A stretch of DNA of 64,000 nucleotides from Lytechinus pictus (taxonomy: Eukaryota): positions 21,516,001-21,580,000 of the forward strand of contig NC_087250.1 of the NCBI RefSeq assembly GCF_037042905.1, written 5' to 3'. The notes under the pieces were generated by a model. That model did not search any database. It worked only from the letters and a program-made list of their open reading frames with translations, and was not told where the DNA came from. A program made the translations under genes and the position numbers. Shown one piece after another: positions 1 through 12,546 of this stretch; positions within the stretch are counted from its first letter, which is position 1, and each line of letters opens with the position of its first letter.

Positions 1-487
1 TTTTCACATGTCTGCAGCATTCAATGAGATAAACCAAGTCACCCTCGTCTGTACACTTCACCCTGTACAGAGTGAGATACTTCAGGTTCTTGGTATGTTC
101 CTTGATGAGCAGACCCAGTCCTCTCATTGTCTTGCTTGATACATGACTCTTCTCTAATGGAAGTGAGTACAGAGTGCGAAGGATAATGTGTTTGAGATTT
201 TGTCCTCCAGTCCGACGAAGACCAGCCATGATAAAGGCTATGTCTCCCTCTGCATCATCGATAGTGATAATAATATATACCAAAGCAGGGAGTGATGAGA
301 TCAGACCTTCATAGCATTGTGACGTCACTCTCTTAGTTGATAGCTCTGTGATGGATGGTAGCTCAGGAGGAGATGGAGGGAAATTGATAGATGAGTCTGA
401 GATGGTGAGATGGTTCAGTGAGGTGAAGGATCTCAGACAGGACCACACTCTCGTAGTCATCTCAGGAGACAATTGACATTTGGTCAT
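1..487 (-). CDS. NLR gene, LRR-region exon (partial, runs off window start)
   Basis: Acceptor ttcttcag at 488-495 (minus strand). Open phase-0 frame MTKCQLSPEMTTRVWSCLRSFTSLNHLTISDSSINFPPSPPELPSITEL...LRRTGGQNLKHIIL...LKYLTLYRVKC, clearly paralogous to the 9019-9536 exon. Not in the ORF track. Confidence 0.88.
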   Translation of the reverse strand, partial: MTKCQLSPEMTTRVWSCLRSFTSLNHLTISDSSINFPPSPPELPSITELSTKRVTSQCYEGLISSLPALVYIIITIDDAEGDIAFIMAGLRRTGGQNLKHIILRTLYSLPLEKSHVSSKTMRGLGLLIKEHTKNLKYLTLYRVKCTDEGDLVYLIECCRHVK

Positions 488-1472
488 CTGAAGAAAAAAT
501 GAAAATAAATGTGTGTATATATTGAAAATAATGTAAAATGAATTATAAAATGTTTTTCAAGTGTAATTATCATTCATTATTTAAAGGGTGGATAAATGTT
601 GCAGGTATTAACAAATTGAGTAGTATATATCGCTAGTTAGTAAAAGAGAATGATGGCTTTATAGATTTAATCTTTAGATATCTCGAAACGTTTTATTTCG
701 GCGAGAAAAATGTAATGTCCTTATTTCGAGATATGTTCTGCCCGTTCACTCACACAATAAAGATTACTTTATTGAGTTTACATTTTTTGCATTTGAAATT
801 TCATAAAACATTGCACTAATCTCTTCATATAACTCTTGCTTTAACTTCCAGGAAAAAAAACACACAACACGATTTTTTAAGTCTCTTTTGTGTGATTGGT
901 AATTTGTTAACAGATGGTCGATGTTTGTTATGTTATTTTAGCAGCTACTTAACGTTTGGTACTGAGCCCTAGTTTAAACCAGCATGACGAAATGATTTTG
1001 AACTATTGCAAATTTTTTTCAGTTTCATTTTACGAGGGAAGCCCCTTCAGTTACGAGAATAATTTGGTGAATCTCCCCCCCCCCCAAAAAAAAAAAAAAA
1101 GAATAAGTAAAACGATAAATAAATAGATAAATAGAATGCATGAAAAAAGGAAATATCGTAAAAGGTATATGTTGATTCCCTGGCACATATCTCGAACGGG
1201 GAAAATAGAACATATTACACTGATTGATCCTGTATATTCCTGTGGTAGTCAAACTGTATTAACAGTTTTAAAAGGGAAGTTGACCTTGACAAAAGTTTAT
1301 TGCAAAAATAGCCAAAAAGATTAAAGAAAAGTATTGGCAGATTTTTTGTTGTTGAAAAATCCATGAAAGAGTAAAAAAATTATTAGAATTTTAATTATTT
1401 GATTTGTGACGTCAGGCGCGGATCCAAAGGGGGGGGGCCGAGGGGGCCTTGCCCCCCCCCCCCCCCTTTGGC

Positions 1473-2305
1473 TAAAAAAAAAGAAGAGAGGGAAAGACAG
1501 AGAAAAAAGAGGGGAAAGAAAAGAAAAAAAAAGGAAGAGGGGGAGAAAGGGAAAAAAAAAAGAGAGAGGAAAAGGGGGGAAAGAAAAGAGGAAAGGAGAG
1601 AGGGAGAGGGGGAAAGGAAAAGGAGAAAAAAAAAGAGAGAGGAAGAAGGAGGAAAGAAGAGAAGAGAGAGAAAGGGGAAAAGAAGAGGGGAAAAGAGAGA
1701 GGAAGAGGGGGAAGGAAGAAGAGGAGAAAAAAGAGAGAGGAAAGGGGGAAAGAAAAGAAGAAAAAGGGAAGAGGGGGGAAGAAAGGGAAGGAAAAGGGGA
1801 AAGAAAGAGAAGGAAAAGGAGAGGGAAAGGAAAAAGAGAAAAAAAGAGAGAGAGGGGAAAGGAAGAGAAGAAAAAGAGAGAGAGGAAAAAGAGGAAAGAA
1901 AAGGAGAAAAAAGAGGGAGAGAAGAAAAGGGAGGGGGAGGGAGAGGGGGAAGAAAAAAGAGGAAGAGGGGAAAGAAAAGGAGAAAAGGGAGAGAGAGGAA
2001 AGAAGAGAAAAAAAGAGAAGGGAAAGAAAAGAAGAAAAAAGAAGAGGGGAAAGAAAAGAAGAAAAAAAGGAGAAGAAGAGGGAAAAGCAAGAGAAAAAAA
2101 GAGGAAGAGGGGGAAGGAAGAGAAGAAAAGGGAGGGGGAGGGGGGAGAAAAAAGAGAAAGAGGGGAGAGAAGAGGGGGGAAAGAGAGAGGAAGAGGGAAA
2201 AAGGAGAAAAAAGGAGAAAGAGGAAGAGGGAAGAAAGAAGAGAAGAAAAGAGAGAGAGAAAGGGGGAAGGACGAGAAGAAAAAAAGAGAAAGAGGAGGAA
2301 AGAAA
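1473..2305 (+). repeat. ~830-bp polypurine (G/A) low-complexity tract
   Basis: Almost exclusively A and G on the plus strand. Confidence 0.95.
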
Positions 2306-3540
2306 ATGATGTTCGAACCTAAATGGCGCCGAAATGATGTTCGAATGAATGTCAAAATGATGTTCGAACTGGGGGCCAAATTGATGTTCAAACTAGGGGG
2401 CGCCAAATTGATGTTGGAACTAGGGGACGCCAAATTGATACTCGAGCTAGGGGGGGGGGGGTGCCGAAATGATATTCGAACTAGGGGCGCCAAATTGATG
2501 TTGGACCTACATGTGGGGGCGCCGAATTGATATTCGAACTAGGAGGGCGCCGAAATGATGTTCGAAGGGATGTTAAAATGATGTTCGAACTGGGGGCGCC
2601 AAATTGATACTCGAACTAGGGGGGCTCAGAATTGATGTTGAAAGTAGGGGGCGCCAAATTGATACTCGAAGTATGGGGCGCCAAATTGATGTTGGACCTA
2701 CATGTAGGGGCGCCGAATTGATATTCGATCTAGGAGGGCGCCAAAATGATGTTCGAAGGGATGTTAAAATGATGTTCGAACCGGGGGCGCCAAATTGATA
2801 CTCGAACTAGGGGGGGGGGGGGGGGGCGAATCGATGTTCGAGCTAGGGGGGCGCCAAACTGATACTGAAACTAGGGGGGCGCCAAATTGATACTCGAGCT
2901 AGGGGGGCGAAATGATATTCGAACTAGGGAAGCCTGATTGAGTTCGAAGGGATGCCAAAATGATGTTCGACGTAGGGGGGGGGGGGGTTGCGCGGAATTG
3001 ATGTTTGACGTAGGGGCGCAAAATTTATGTTCGACATCGGGGGGGCGCCGATTGAATGTTCGAACTAGGGGCGCCAAATTGATGTTCGAACTAGGGGGCG
3101 CCGAATTGCTATTCGAACTTGGGGCGCCAAATTGATGTTCGAACGAGGGGGGCGCCAAATTGATGTTAGAACTAGGCGGCGCCAAAATGACGTTCGAACT
3201 ATGGGGCGCCGAATTGATGTTTGAACAAGGGGGAGGGGGCGAATTAATTTTCGAACTAGATGGGGGCGCCAAATTGATGTTTGAACTGGGAGGGGCGCCA
3301 AATTGATGTTCGAACTAGGGGAGCGCCGAATTGATGTCCAAACTAGCGGGGCGCCAAATTGATATTCGAACTAGGGGAGCGCTAATTTGATGTTTGACCA
3401 TAAGGCGACAAATACATTTTTTAGAAGGGGGAGGGCAAAGTGATATTTCACATGACGCCAAATTCATGTTCAACCGAGGGCGCCAAATTGACCTTGAACT
3501 AAGGGGGCTCCATGCAAATTCATGTTCGACCGGGGGCGCA
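2306..3540 (+). repeat. Minisatellite, ~26-27-bp unit TGATGTTCGAACTAGGGGGCGCCAAAT
   Basis: Dozens of tandem diverged copies containing the palindromes TTCGAA and GGCGCC. Confidence 0.92.
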
Positions 3541-4192
3541 ACATTGCTCGTATTGCCTGTTTATAGTGAAATCTATTTCTTGCCTAAAAAAGTCAAATTA
3601 ATGCGGCTGATTTAAAATATCCCGTTTTTACGATAATAGACAAAAATCAATGTGCTCGAGTTTGAAGTTTGTTTGGCGAGATAGGTATCATGTTCAGGGT
3701 CAGAAAAGGGGTTAATATCAAATTCAGCTGGCGCTACGCGCTCGCAATATTTGATTAGTGAGGTGTGTATCCTCTCCATCGATCACACGTACATAAGTCC
3801 TTAAAATGTTAGTGTTTTTCAAGTCAAATATACATAGGCCGATCCAGGGGGCATAGTTTTTGCCCCCCCCCCCCCCCCCCCATGGTGGCAAAAAAAAGGA
3901 AAGAAAAAGATAAAAAAAAAGACGAAGAGAAAAAGGAAAAACTTTTAGAATAGGAATTATACCTTAAAAGAGTCCTTCTTAAGTCAGTATACAAAAAAAA
4001 AATGAGCTCGCGCTTCGCGCTCGCATCACTGTTTAATTATGTACGCATCCCGACCTCACAGTTTTTTTTATGCGAACGAGAAGCACAAGCTGAAAATATT
4101 TTATATTCTAATCTAACAACTGAAAATGTCCTTTTCATTTCATCATTAAAAAAGTTTTCGGCTAGCGCTTCGCGCTCGCATTTATTTCTTAA

Positions 4193-4685
4193 AGGACAAG
4201 TCCACCCCCCAAAAAATGTTGATTTGAATAAATTGAAAAAAATCAAACAAGCATTATGCTGAAAATTTCATCAAAATTGGATGTAAGATAAGAAAATTAT
4301 GACATTTTAAAATTTTGCTTATTTTTCACAAAACAGTGATATGCACAACTCAGTGACATGCAAATGAGACAGTCGATGATGTCCCTCACTCACTGATTCC
4401 TTTGTTTTTTATTGTTAGAATTATACAATATTTCATTTTTTACAGATTTTACAATATGGACCAACTTGATTGAACCATTTAATATTAAAGAATGCTAATT
4501 GCTCATGTTCAGGGAGGAATTAATCGTTGTTTCACACGACAACGGAGAAAATAGAATATTTCATATTTCATATACTAAAATACAAAAAGAACTAGTGAGT
4601 GAGTGATGTCATCAGTCTCCTCATTTGCATACCGTCAAGGATGTGAATATAATTGGTTTGTGAAATTAAGCGAAACTTTAAAATG
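4193..4685. mobile_element. Truncated TTAA-type MITE (AGGACAAGTCCACCCC family)
   Basis: Same family as the copies at 23535-24106 and 41142-42058; second TIR missing. Confidence 0.7.
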
Positions 4686-4828
4686 TTGTAGGCCTACCTA
4701 TTATTTTTGTGTATTTCATATAAGATTCTCAAAATATTCCTTTTCAGGTGTCTCGATTGTCAAATATGAAGGCCTATGAGCTAGCGCTGTGCGCTCGCAT
4801 TTTGATTGGTGAGTTCTGTATACATATA

Positions 4829-5959
4829 CAGTGGCGTAACTACCAGGGGGAATGGGGGCACGTGCCCCCCCCCCCCCCAATCGGCTGCCCCCCCCCAAAA
4901 AAAAAAAAAATAAATAAATAAATAAAAGCGGGAAAAAGGAGAAAAAGAGGGAGAAAGGAAGAGAAACGTATTGTGGAAAGCAGAAATTATTGTTTATTAT
5001 AATGTTATATTATATCATAATTATGTTACATAAGAAGCATTTTTTTCATGACTTTATGAAACAGTTAGCTCAGGGCCTATGTCTTCATTGTTCCTGGTGC
5101 TCGCATAGACTGTTTAACGAGATGTCTAATCCTGTTGTACTAAAACCTCCCGTTTTCAAATCAATATACACCAAATATATTTCCTCGCAATTCGAGTTAT
5201 TGTTATATGTAGTGACATTTGCTTCTTTTTCATGACTACTTAAAGTGATTGCCCAATTAATATAAAACATTTCCTGTCCGTGCTAACGTTCGCATTAGTT
5301 GATTGGTGAGGTGTTTGCTCTTCACGAATTCCTATAATCAGTCCTTAAAATGTCAATTTTTCCGATCTGAATATCAAAATTTTTTAGCTCGCGCTTCGCG
5401 CTCGCGTCATTTGGTAAGTGAAATACGTAAGGACTTAGTGGATTCCTACAAACAAGCCTTAGAATGCCCCTCTTCAGGTCTGAATTTCATAAATTTTCAG
5501 CTCGCGCTTCGCGCTCGCAGTATTTGATTAGTGAGATGCGTATAATAACCATGATAACAATGACTACAAAAAGTGCTACAAAAAGACTACAAAGGACGCC
5601 ACTATCATTAGATGACTATGCTGAGATATTTATACTCTTAATGGATACCTAAAATATAGTCCTTAAAATGTCCCTGTTTGGCGTCAATATATACAAAAAT
5701 TTCAGCTCGCGCTTCGCGCTCGCATTGTTGTGTACGTATCATGATTACAAAAAATTTGCTTATAATGTCCCTTTTAGGTCTGAATATCAAAAATTTTCAG
5801 CTCGCGCTTCGCGCTCGCATTATTTAATCAGTGAGATACTTATCCGTTTTGCATGTCCTTAAAATTTCTCTATTAGGTCAGCATACCTGGCAACTAAGCG
5901 CACTCCCTAAGTGTGGTGTTGCCCCTCCCCCCAATGCCGTGACCCACGGTACGCCACTG
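4829..5959. mobile_element. Nested non-autonomous hAT-type element
   Basis: TIRs CAGTGGCGTA / TACGCCACTG; 8-bp TSD tacatata / tacctata (7 of 8 match). Confidence 0.75.
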
Positions 5960-8218
5960 TACCTATATATTTTATAACAAACTATTTGAATTCCCCCCAT
6001 TTAAAAATTTCGGATCGCGATTTGCGCTCGCATTATTTGCTATAAATGTATCAACCCATGAATGCTGTTCATGATTACAAAAAAATATAAAATATCCAGT
6101 TTTTCAGGCCTCATGCACTGTCAACAGATTTCACGCACTCATTAGGTTTATTAGATTAATAAATATGAAATAATTTTTTTATGAATTCATAACTAAATTG
6201 TCCCTTTTTCAGAAAAAAAATATCGACAAGTTTTAGGAAGAGGAATAGAAGATAGGCATCATTTTTATTTAATGACAAAATGTCCTTAGGCCTAAAATGT
6301 CTCGATCCTGGTTTAAAATAATAATAAAATATCAGCTCCTCGCGATCCGCGCTCGCATTATTGATTTTCATGATGAAAAATGAAATGTATTCAGAATACC
6401 CAGAATCTGTCTAACTCTAAAACACGTGCACGCATGTTTATTGTGATACGCATCTTGATCTTATTAAAAACGTGCTAAAATTATCCAGTTTCAGATCAGA
6501 ATATCAAAAATTTTCTGCTCGCGCTTTGCGCTCGCATTATTAATGTAGGAAGATATAAAAAACTACCCATCATTTTTCATGAGTGACAAAACATGAATCG
6601 AGTGTCCCGTTGGGGGTTTTAAATCTAATTTTTTAGGTTGGAATATAAAAAATGTTCAGCTCGCGCTTCGCGCTCGCATTATTTAATCGTTGAAATATGT
6701 ATCGTCTTAATGGCTAACTGCAAAACTTCATTAACAGGTCCCTTTTCGACCAGGCCAGAACGCACATTAAAAATTTCTGCTCGCGCTTCGCGCTCGTAGT
6801 AACTATTTAGTTACATACGCATCTTGTTCAGGTTCACAAACATTGCCCAGAATGTTCAATTTTCAGGTCAAAATACATGAAATCTAATTATTTTTTTATC
6901 TCGCATAGGGCTTGTGAGATTATTGCACATTAATGTTGTTTATAAAGTAAAATGACTGTTAGGACATGGGCGTTTTGCCCCCGCCTGAAAAAAAAAATCA
7001 CGAACAAGAAAAAAAAGAGAAAAAAAGAAAGGGATTATGGTGAAATATAATATTATTTTCCAAATATTATGTCAAATATATCGCGCTTCGCGTTATTATT
7101 TATTTAGGCCTTGTGAGATACCTCAATGTGTTTTTAAGAATAAATTTCGGAATTTCTTTAACTTCTACCCCCCCCCATTTTATTTTTATTTTTTTATCTT
7201 GGCGCCCTCTACAAAAGTTCAACAAGCCCCCCGCCCCGTGCAACCCTGCTGAATAAATCACAGTTTGGCGACTGATAAGGAGATTGAGTCGATTGCTTCG
7301 AGATTGCGTTATTCCCAGGAGGTTATCATTGATATCATTGAAGGCTATTCTAAACAACTAGGAAGGAAACTACAGCTCCCGTTCACACAATATTCTAGTA
7401 GCTAGGGCCTACTCTGGTGAGAAGTTAAACCAAATTCAGACCCCCCCCAAAAAAAATCGCTCACGCTTCGCGCTCCCATTGATATTACATTATACATTCA
7501 TTGATTTTTTTTCAAGAACACATTAAAAAAGTGGTCTTTAATTGCCTTTTTTTTAAATGTGATTATGTAATAAGATAATTCAAAATACATTTAAGGCATT
7601 TAAGTTACATTTAAGTTAGCCTGGCCGGGAGGGAGGGGGCGCCATTTTTCGAAAAGTACACATGGGCGGCAAAAATCAGGTCAAACTTGGGCTCCCCTCC
7701 CCACGAAATCTTGGATCCGCGCCTGTGTGACGTCATATCCAACAACTCTCCTGCATATCGTATCTTCAAAAACCAAGCAAATTCCATTTTCTCTGAAAAT
7801 TTGAAATGGGTTTTATTGCACCTTCGTTATATCAATAGACAAATCATTTCGCACCCGTAAAAAAAATGTGGCACCCGCTCGTTTATGACCTCATGTTTGC
7901 GAAATTATAAAGCTTAATTCATTTCTTTATCCTTTATGGAATTCGCTCAACCTTCACCAATATTTTTCATTTATTTTTTTGCTATTTTCATAGCATTTTT
8001 CTTCTTCAGGGTAAACTTCCCTTTTAGCTGATTAGTTATCGCATTTAGAAATATAGTACTTAGAATAAGAACCTGCATGTGAACAGGGGGCTAATAATTG
8101 CGTTTTAAACACTTTTCCTAATGATGGGATCATACATTAGATTGAATTTAATGAGCGTTTAATGGTAGGACGAAGCTCGTTAAACATATCAATAAACTTC
8201 GAAACAATCAATGCTCAC

Positions 8219-8267
8219 CTCAAGCCCAAACGTCCTTTCGAAGTTGAAAGAACAACCATCAAGGAAT
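8219..8267 (-). CDS. NLR gene, 49-nt micro-exon ((E)FLDGCSFNFERTFGLE)
   Basis: Bounded by tgtag acceptor and GTGAGC donor. Starts in phase 2 and ends in phase 0, exactly bridging the phase-2 donor at 9019 and the phase-0 acceptor at 487. Confidence 0.75.
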
Positions 8268-9018
8268 CTACATAATATAGGAAAATGCCAATTTATGACA
8301 ATCATTTTGATGGAAAAAAACGTGTTGTCGGAAACAGATCGATAGCCTTATGATCTCTAAATCTGTTTATTTTTAGTAACGAAAAATGTCTAATACAAAT
8401 ATCCCTTGTCGATGGATTACCTTTTTAATAGACCCATAACATGTATACTATCGAGGGGGGAATTGCCAGTGGTGCCTCCAATTCATAGAGTTCGGTAAAA
8501 TAATAAAACCTTGTGGTCAAATGATTCAAATGTCATGATAATGCAGTACAATACAGAATTAGTTTTACCTTGTAAGGTCCACGTTTTTTTTTGGCCATAC
8601 ATTATGTACGCTAGTACTATAGAAAATTACGATTTTCGAAACTTGATCAATGTGTAATAAGATATTTTTAAAAAGTATGTGATTGCATTAATTTAGTAGG
8701 CGTAGTGAAAATGATCAATATTATTTTCATTGCTTTTCTTTTTTTCTTCACTCCTTAAGACAATTGTTCATTAGGAAATTGTGGACACAGATGCAAATTG
8801 AAATGGAAATGATTATTGATGTAGAATAGGAATAGGGGAAAAGCCCTTTTTAGAAGGCCACAAAACTTTCAATAAAGCGTACGTGTTGTATTGATAGAAT
8901 TGTGGTGGATTTTAATTTGCCTAATCTTTGTAGCTGATTCAGTTTTAATCAAATACCACGTTTACCTTAGAACGCACCCATGTACAATATGTTTAATTGC
9001 ATAAAAATAACAACTCAC

Positions 9019-9536
9019 TCTAGTTTCAGTTGAGCCAATGATGCCAAAATTGCAAACGACTCGAGGACTTCAACAGGACCTTTGTTTTCCGAATGTCTAG
9101 CGCTGTGCAATATAAGCATGTTCGTGTCAGATTTGTCGAATAGCAGCCTCGGTCCTCCCTCTGTCTCACTCCGGAAAGGATTCTTCCGTGGCGGGAATGA
9201 TGATGGAGTGTCGCGAATAATCATTCGTTTGAGCTTCTTTGCCCCTGTCCGACGAAGAGCAGATGTGATCTGGGCTATGTCCCAGTCTGCATCATCGATA
9301 TATACTATGTCTGTCAAACCAGGGAGCGATGAGATCAGACTGTTATAGCATTGTAACGCCACTTTCTCAACTAATAGACTTCTGATGGATGGTAGCTCAG
9401 CAGGAGATGGAGGGAAATCGACAGATGAGTCTGAGATGGTGAGAGAATTTAGCATCGGGAATGATTTAAGACAGGCCCATAGTCCATCTGTCACAGCGCT
9501 TGCCATGATAGACTGCTCGAATTGTACACTCACAAC
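9019..9536 (-). CDS. NLR gene, first LRR-region exon
   Basis: ORF 9015..9533. Acceptor caatag (phase 0), donor GA|GTGAGT (phase 2). LxxLxL-like segments (LNSLTIS, IRSLLVE, LKRMIIR). Confidence 0.88.
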
Positions 9537-10022
9537 CTATTGAGGAAATATTAAGGAAAACAAATTAACAAAAAAAAAATGCTGTACAGTGTTCACTTCA
9601 TTCAGTTCATCTTCATTGCTTTCCATTGAAGAATTATGATATTGCATGATTGAAATTACTGTCTTCTCATCTAATTTCATTTTTTTCCTCATTTTCACTG
9701 GGGGCTGGAGCACTGGCGGATCCAAAGTAATGATCAAATTTTTTAGTGTAAACATGCCAGCCATTTTTACCAAAGCGTGCTCCTCCCCCCTTCGAAGCGA
9801 TTAAGGACCTTTTTTTTGCTAGCCATTTTTTTTGGGGACAATAATACACCCTTCTTTATGGCTTGCCAAACTTTTTCTCAGGAAAATGTGCCCCCTCTTG
9901 GAAGAAACTAAATCCGCCCCTGGGCTTGATTGTCCTTTTAATTTTATCTAGGTCTATTCTTAAGCACTTGATATAAAAAAGGAGACAAGTTTTACGCAAG
10001 AAAGGCAAAATATATTCATTAA

Positions 10023-10594
10023 AGGGATAGTCCAGGCTGGAGATATTTATATCGAAAATTTGATCAAAATCGGATAACAAATAACGAAGTTATTGAATTT
10101 TAAAGATTTTCATTATCTGGTGAAACAATTCTAGGCATGTCTTTATGAATATTCATTAGGTGGGCTGATGATGTCATATCCCCACTTTTTCTGTTGTATA
10201 TATTTCATTATATGAAATAAGGTTAATTCAAACATTTTCTACCAAGAGCTAAAACAACTGGATTGACAACTGATTAAATGCATTAGTTATTTATTGCTGC
10301 AACTTATTTCATCATAATGGAGACACATCATTTACACAGGTATGAAATAATGAAATATTTATTATTTCATGTAATAACATAAAAAATTGAAAGTTGGGAT
10401 GTCACATCATCACCCCAACTAATGAATATTCATGACGATGCGCATATAACTGTTTTCACAAAATATTGATAAACTTAAAAATTCAATAACTTCGTCACTT
10501 GTTATCCGATTCTGATAAAATTTTCAGCATTTTGTTTAGTGAATTTTACTCTATTTTTTGTTAGATATAATTATTTGCAGCCCGGAACATCCCT
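10023..10594. mobile_element. TTAA-type (Kolobok-like) MITE with long imperfect inverted arms
   Basis: ttaa|AGGGATAGTCCAGGCTG ... CAGCCCGGAACATCCCT|ttaa; internal arms are also inverted. Confidence 0.75.
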
Positions 10595-10975
10595 TTAACA
10601 TTATCACTATCGGTGCCCTTGGCACTGTTAGTGGATAGTTCAATCATTAGCGCTAATGCCAGCTTCTGTGCGATCTTGTAATATTAGTTTAACAGCGCTA
10701 GCTAGTGATTGGGCTAACATCATGCTCCTGCAGTCCTGTGCGGGCAATACCTCACTAATAGTGCTATTAGCGATTAGTGCTCTGTTAGTGTTAACAACGT
10801 CTCTGCGCGGCCGGTACTTATTCATCAATGGATTATATTCTACTGCTGTTATCTTAAATGATTATCGATTAATATAATGTGATTTGGTATAACAAAAGTA
10901 AGCAAATATTTATGAAATAAAACATGATGGATTATATGAATTTATTTCTCTAGCAATTATCTAGCATTAAAATAC

Positions 10976-12546
10976 CTTTTGTTTCAGTTCTCTTGGAAGA
11001 TTTCGCATCCCAACTACAGTATACACTGTTGGCGATTGCAAAAGCATATTTTGTGACGTCACACACCTTCGAACCAAGGATGACACATTCCCATCGCTAA
11101 CCCCAGACTCTGATGAACAGTCTAAGAGAATACGATAACGCTCACTCTCGGATAAATAACTAGTTGTCAGAAGCGTCTCCATTATTCGAATACAGAGTCT
11201 GTTCTTTGTGCCAGCAGCAAAACGAATGAGATTTTCATAATCGCCAACATTTCTTTTAATCTTTCGCAACACTTGGTCTAACTTAGAAATCTTCAAATTC
11301 AGCTTGAAACTACTTGTTTTATGAGCTAGGAACTTCCCGGCTGCATGTTCTTGGGCAAGTTTGTGATAAAATTCTATAGTAGTAGAATAGGTTTCGTTAG
11401 TTTGAGGAAAGTGTTCGCTTGATACAGTTGTCTTGGATACTATCCCTAACTGACATGCCTTATCGAGGACAGATGGAATCTTCTGAAAATCACGAGGGGT
11501 AAATACCAACTTCTTAGAATCAGCAAGTAGACCAGTGAGAGCAACTTTACCCAGTTTGTGGATTATTTCGTCCAGGGTTTCAGGTGTGAATAACCCATCG
11601 GTCCGTTCATTTGCGTGGTGGCTTAAAAACACGTTTACTTTGTCGAGTAATGCTGTTTGAGTCGAAGTCTCACTGTCAAGACGACCTACAGACCATAAGT
11701 GACATACCATGAGGCAGAATAGTGGTGTTTTTACTAGTTCCTCTATCAGTGGATTTGTCTCGAGGTAAAACTTCAGACCATCTGCTATCATTGGTTGCTG
11801 AATCCGGGAAGAAAAGAACCTGTCAATGTAATCACATGAGCTCTCTTTGGAGAATCCGTCGATCGCCATCTTCGTGTATACCCTTGGTAGATCCCCTTGA
11901 CTGAAAATGTTTTCTAAGTGAGGTCGTGATGTTACAAGAACTCGACATTGTTGAAACATTTCCCATCGGAGAATGTTCATGATATTACTCGAAGAAGAGA
12001 TACCAGCATACTCATCGAGCCCATCTAGTACAATATGACAGATTCCCTGATGCTGCCTGATGAAACTTTCTAGCCCCTCTGGCGTCAGATCGTCAACATC
12101 ACTCAGGAGTTGTGATATGATGGCTTCTCCGATCGATGTACTATGGCTTGTGTTTCGAAACTTGACAACAAACAGCAGTGGCAAGTCCTCTAATCCTGAG
12201 CCATCTTCTCTGTGAACCCAATCGTGCGCCATCTTAGCAACAGCTGTCGTCTTTCCTCGTCCAGCGGGAGCCGAAATAAGGATTCGAGATGGAAATTTTC
12301 CGTTTACTTTGGCTGAAAATATTTTTCCTGCAGAGCCTTGTAGTATTTCCTTTTCCTTAATATCTCTCCCACGATCGTCCTTCTTTACCATGGTAACAAC
12401 GGTGTGCATATCTTCAAACTCTGCATAATCATCTTTATCCCAAGGTTTCATTTGAATTTTACATAGCTGGTTGGAATATTTGTCCTCTAAGATTGTGCGA
12501 CATTTTCCAACAGTCAGAGAATCCGAAATTTTCTCACTGTATATAT
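10976..12546 (-). CDS. NLR gene, NACHT NTPase exon
   Basis: 533-aa ORF with Walker A APAGRGKTT, Walker B HIVLDGLDE, VLVTSRP, TPLFCLMVC and winged-helix motif FYHKLAQEHAAG. Acceptor ttccag (phase 1), donor AAG|GTATTT (phase 0). Confidence 0.95.

Larger units (their letters stand above)
1413..7725. mobile_element. 6.3-kb non-autonomous hAT-type DNA transposon in an NLR intron
   Basis: TIRs CAGGCGCGGATCCAA / TTGGATCCGCGCCTG with a perfect 8-bp TSD TGTGACGT. No transposase seen. Confidence 0.85.
1272..8023. mobile_element. TTAA-type (Kolobok-like) MITE split by the hAT insertion (pieces 1272-1412 and 7726-8023)
   Basis: Inverted ends ttaa|AAGGGAAGTTGACC and GGTAAACTTCCCTT|ttag. Confidence 0.6.

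Noticed and set aside
1321..2530. Long ORFs (390, 231, 307 and 374 aa) rich in K/R/E/G or F/L/S/P
   Set aside because: Artefacts of the polypurine tract, which cannot contain stop codons; they lie inside an intronic transposon.
2306..3540. CRISPR-like appearance of short palindromic repeats
   Set aside because: Head-to-tail minisatellite without unique spacers; eukaryotic context and no cas genes.
10600..10880. ORFs 10640-10828 and 10656-10877 as extra NLR exons
   Set aside because: The NACHT and LRR exons already join in phase 0; no recognisable domain; looks like a repeat fragment.
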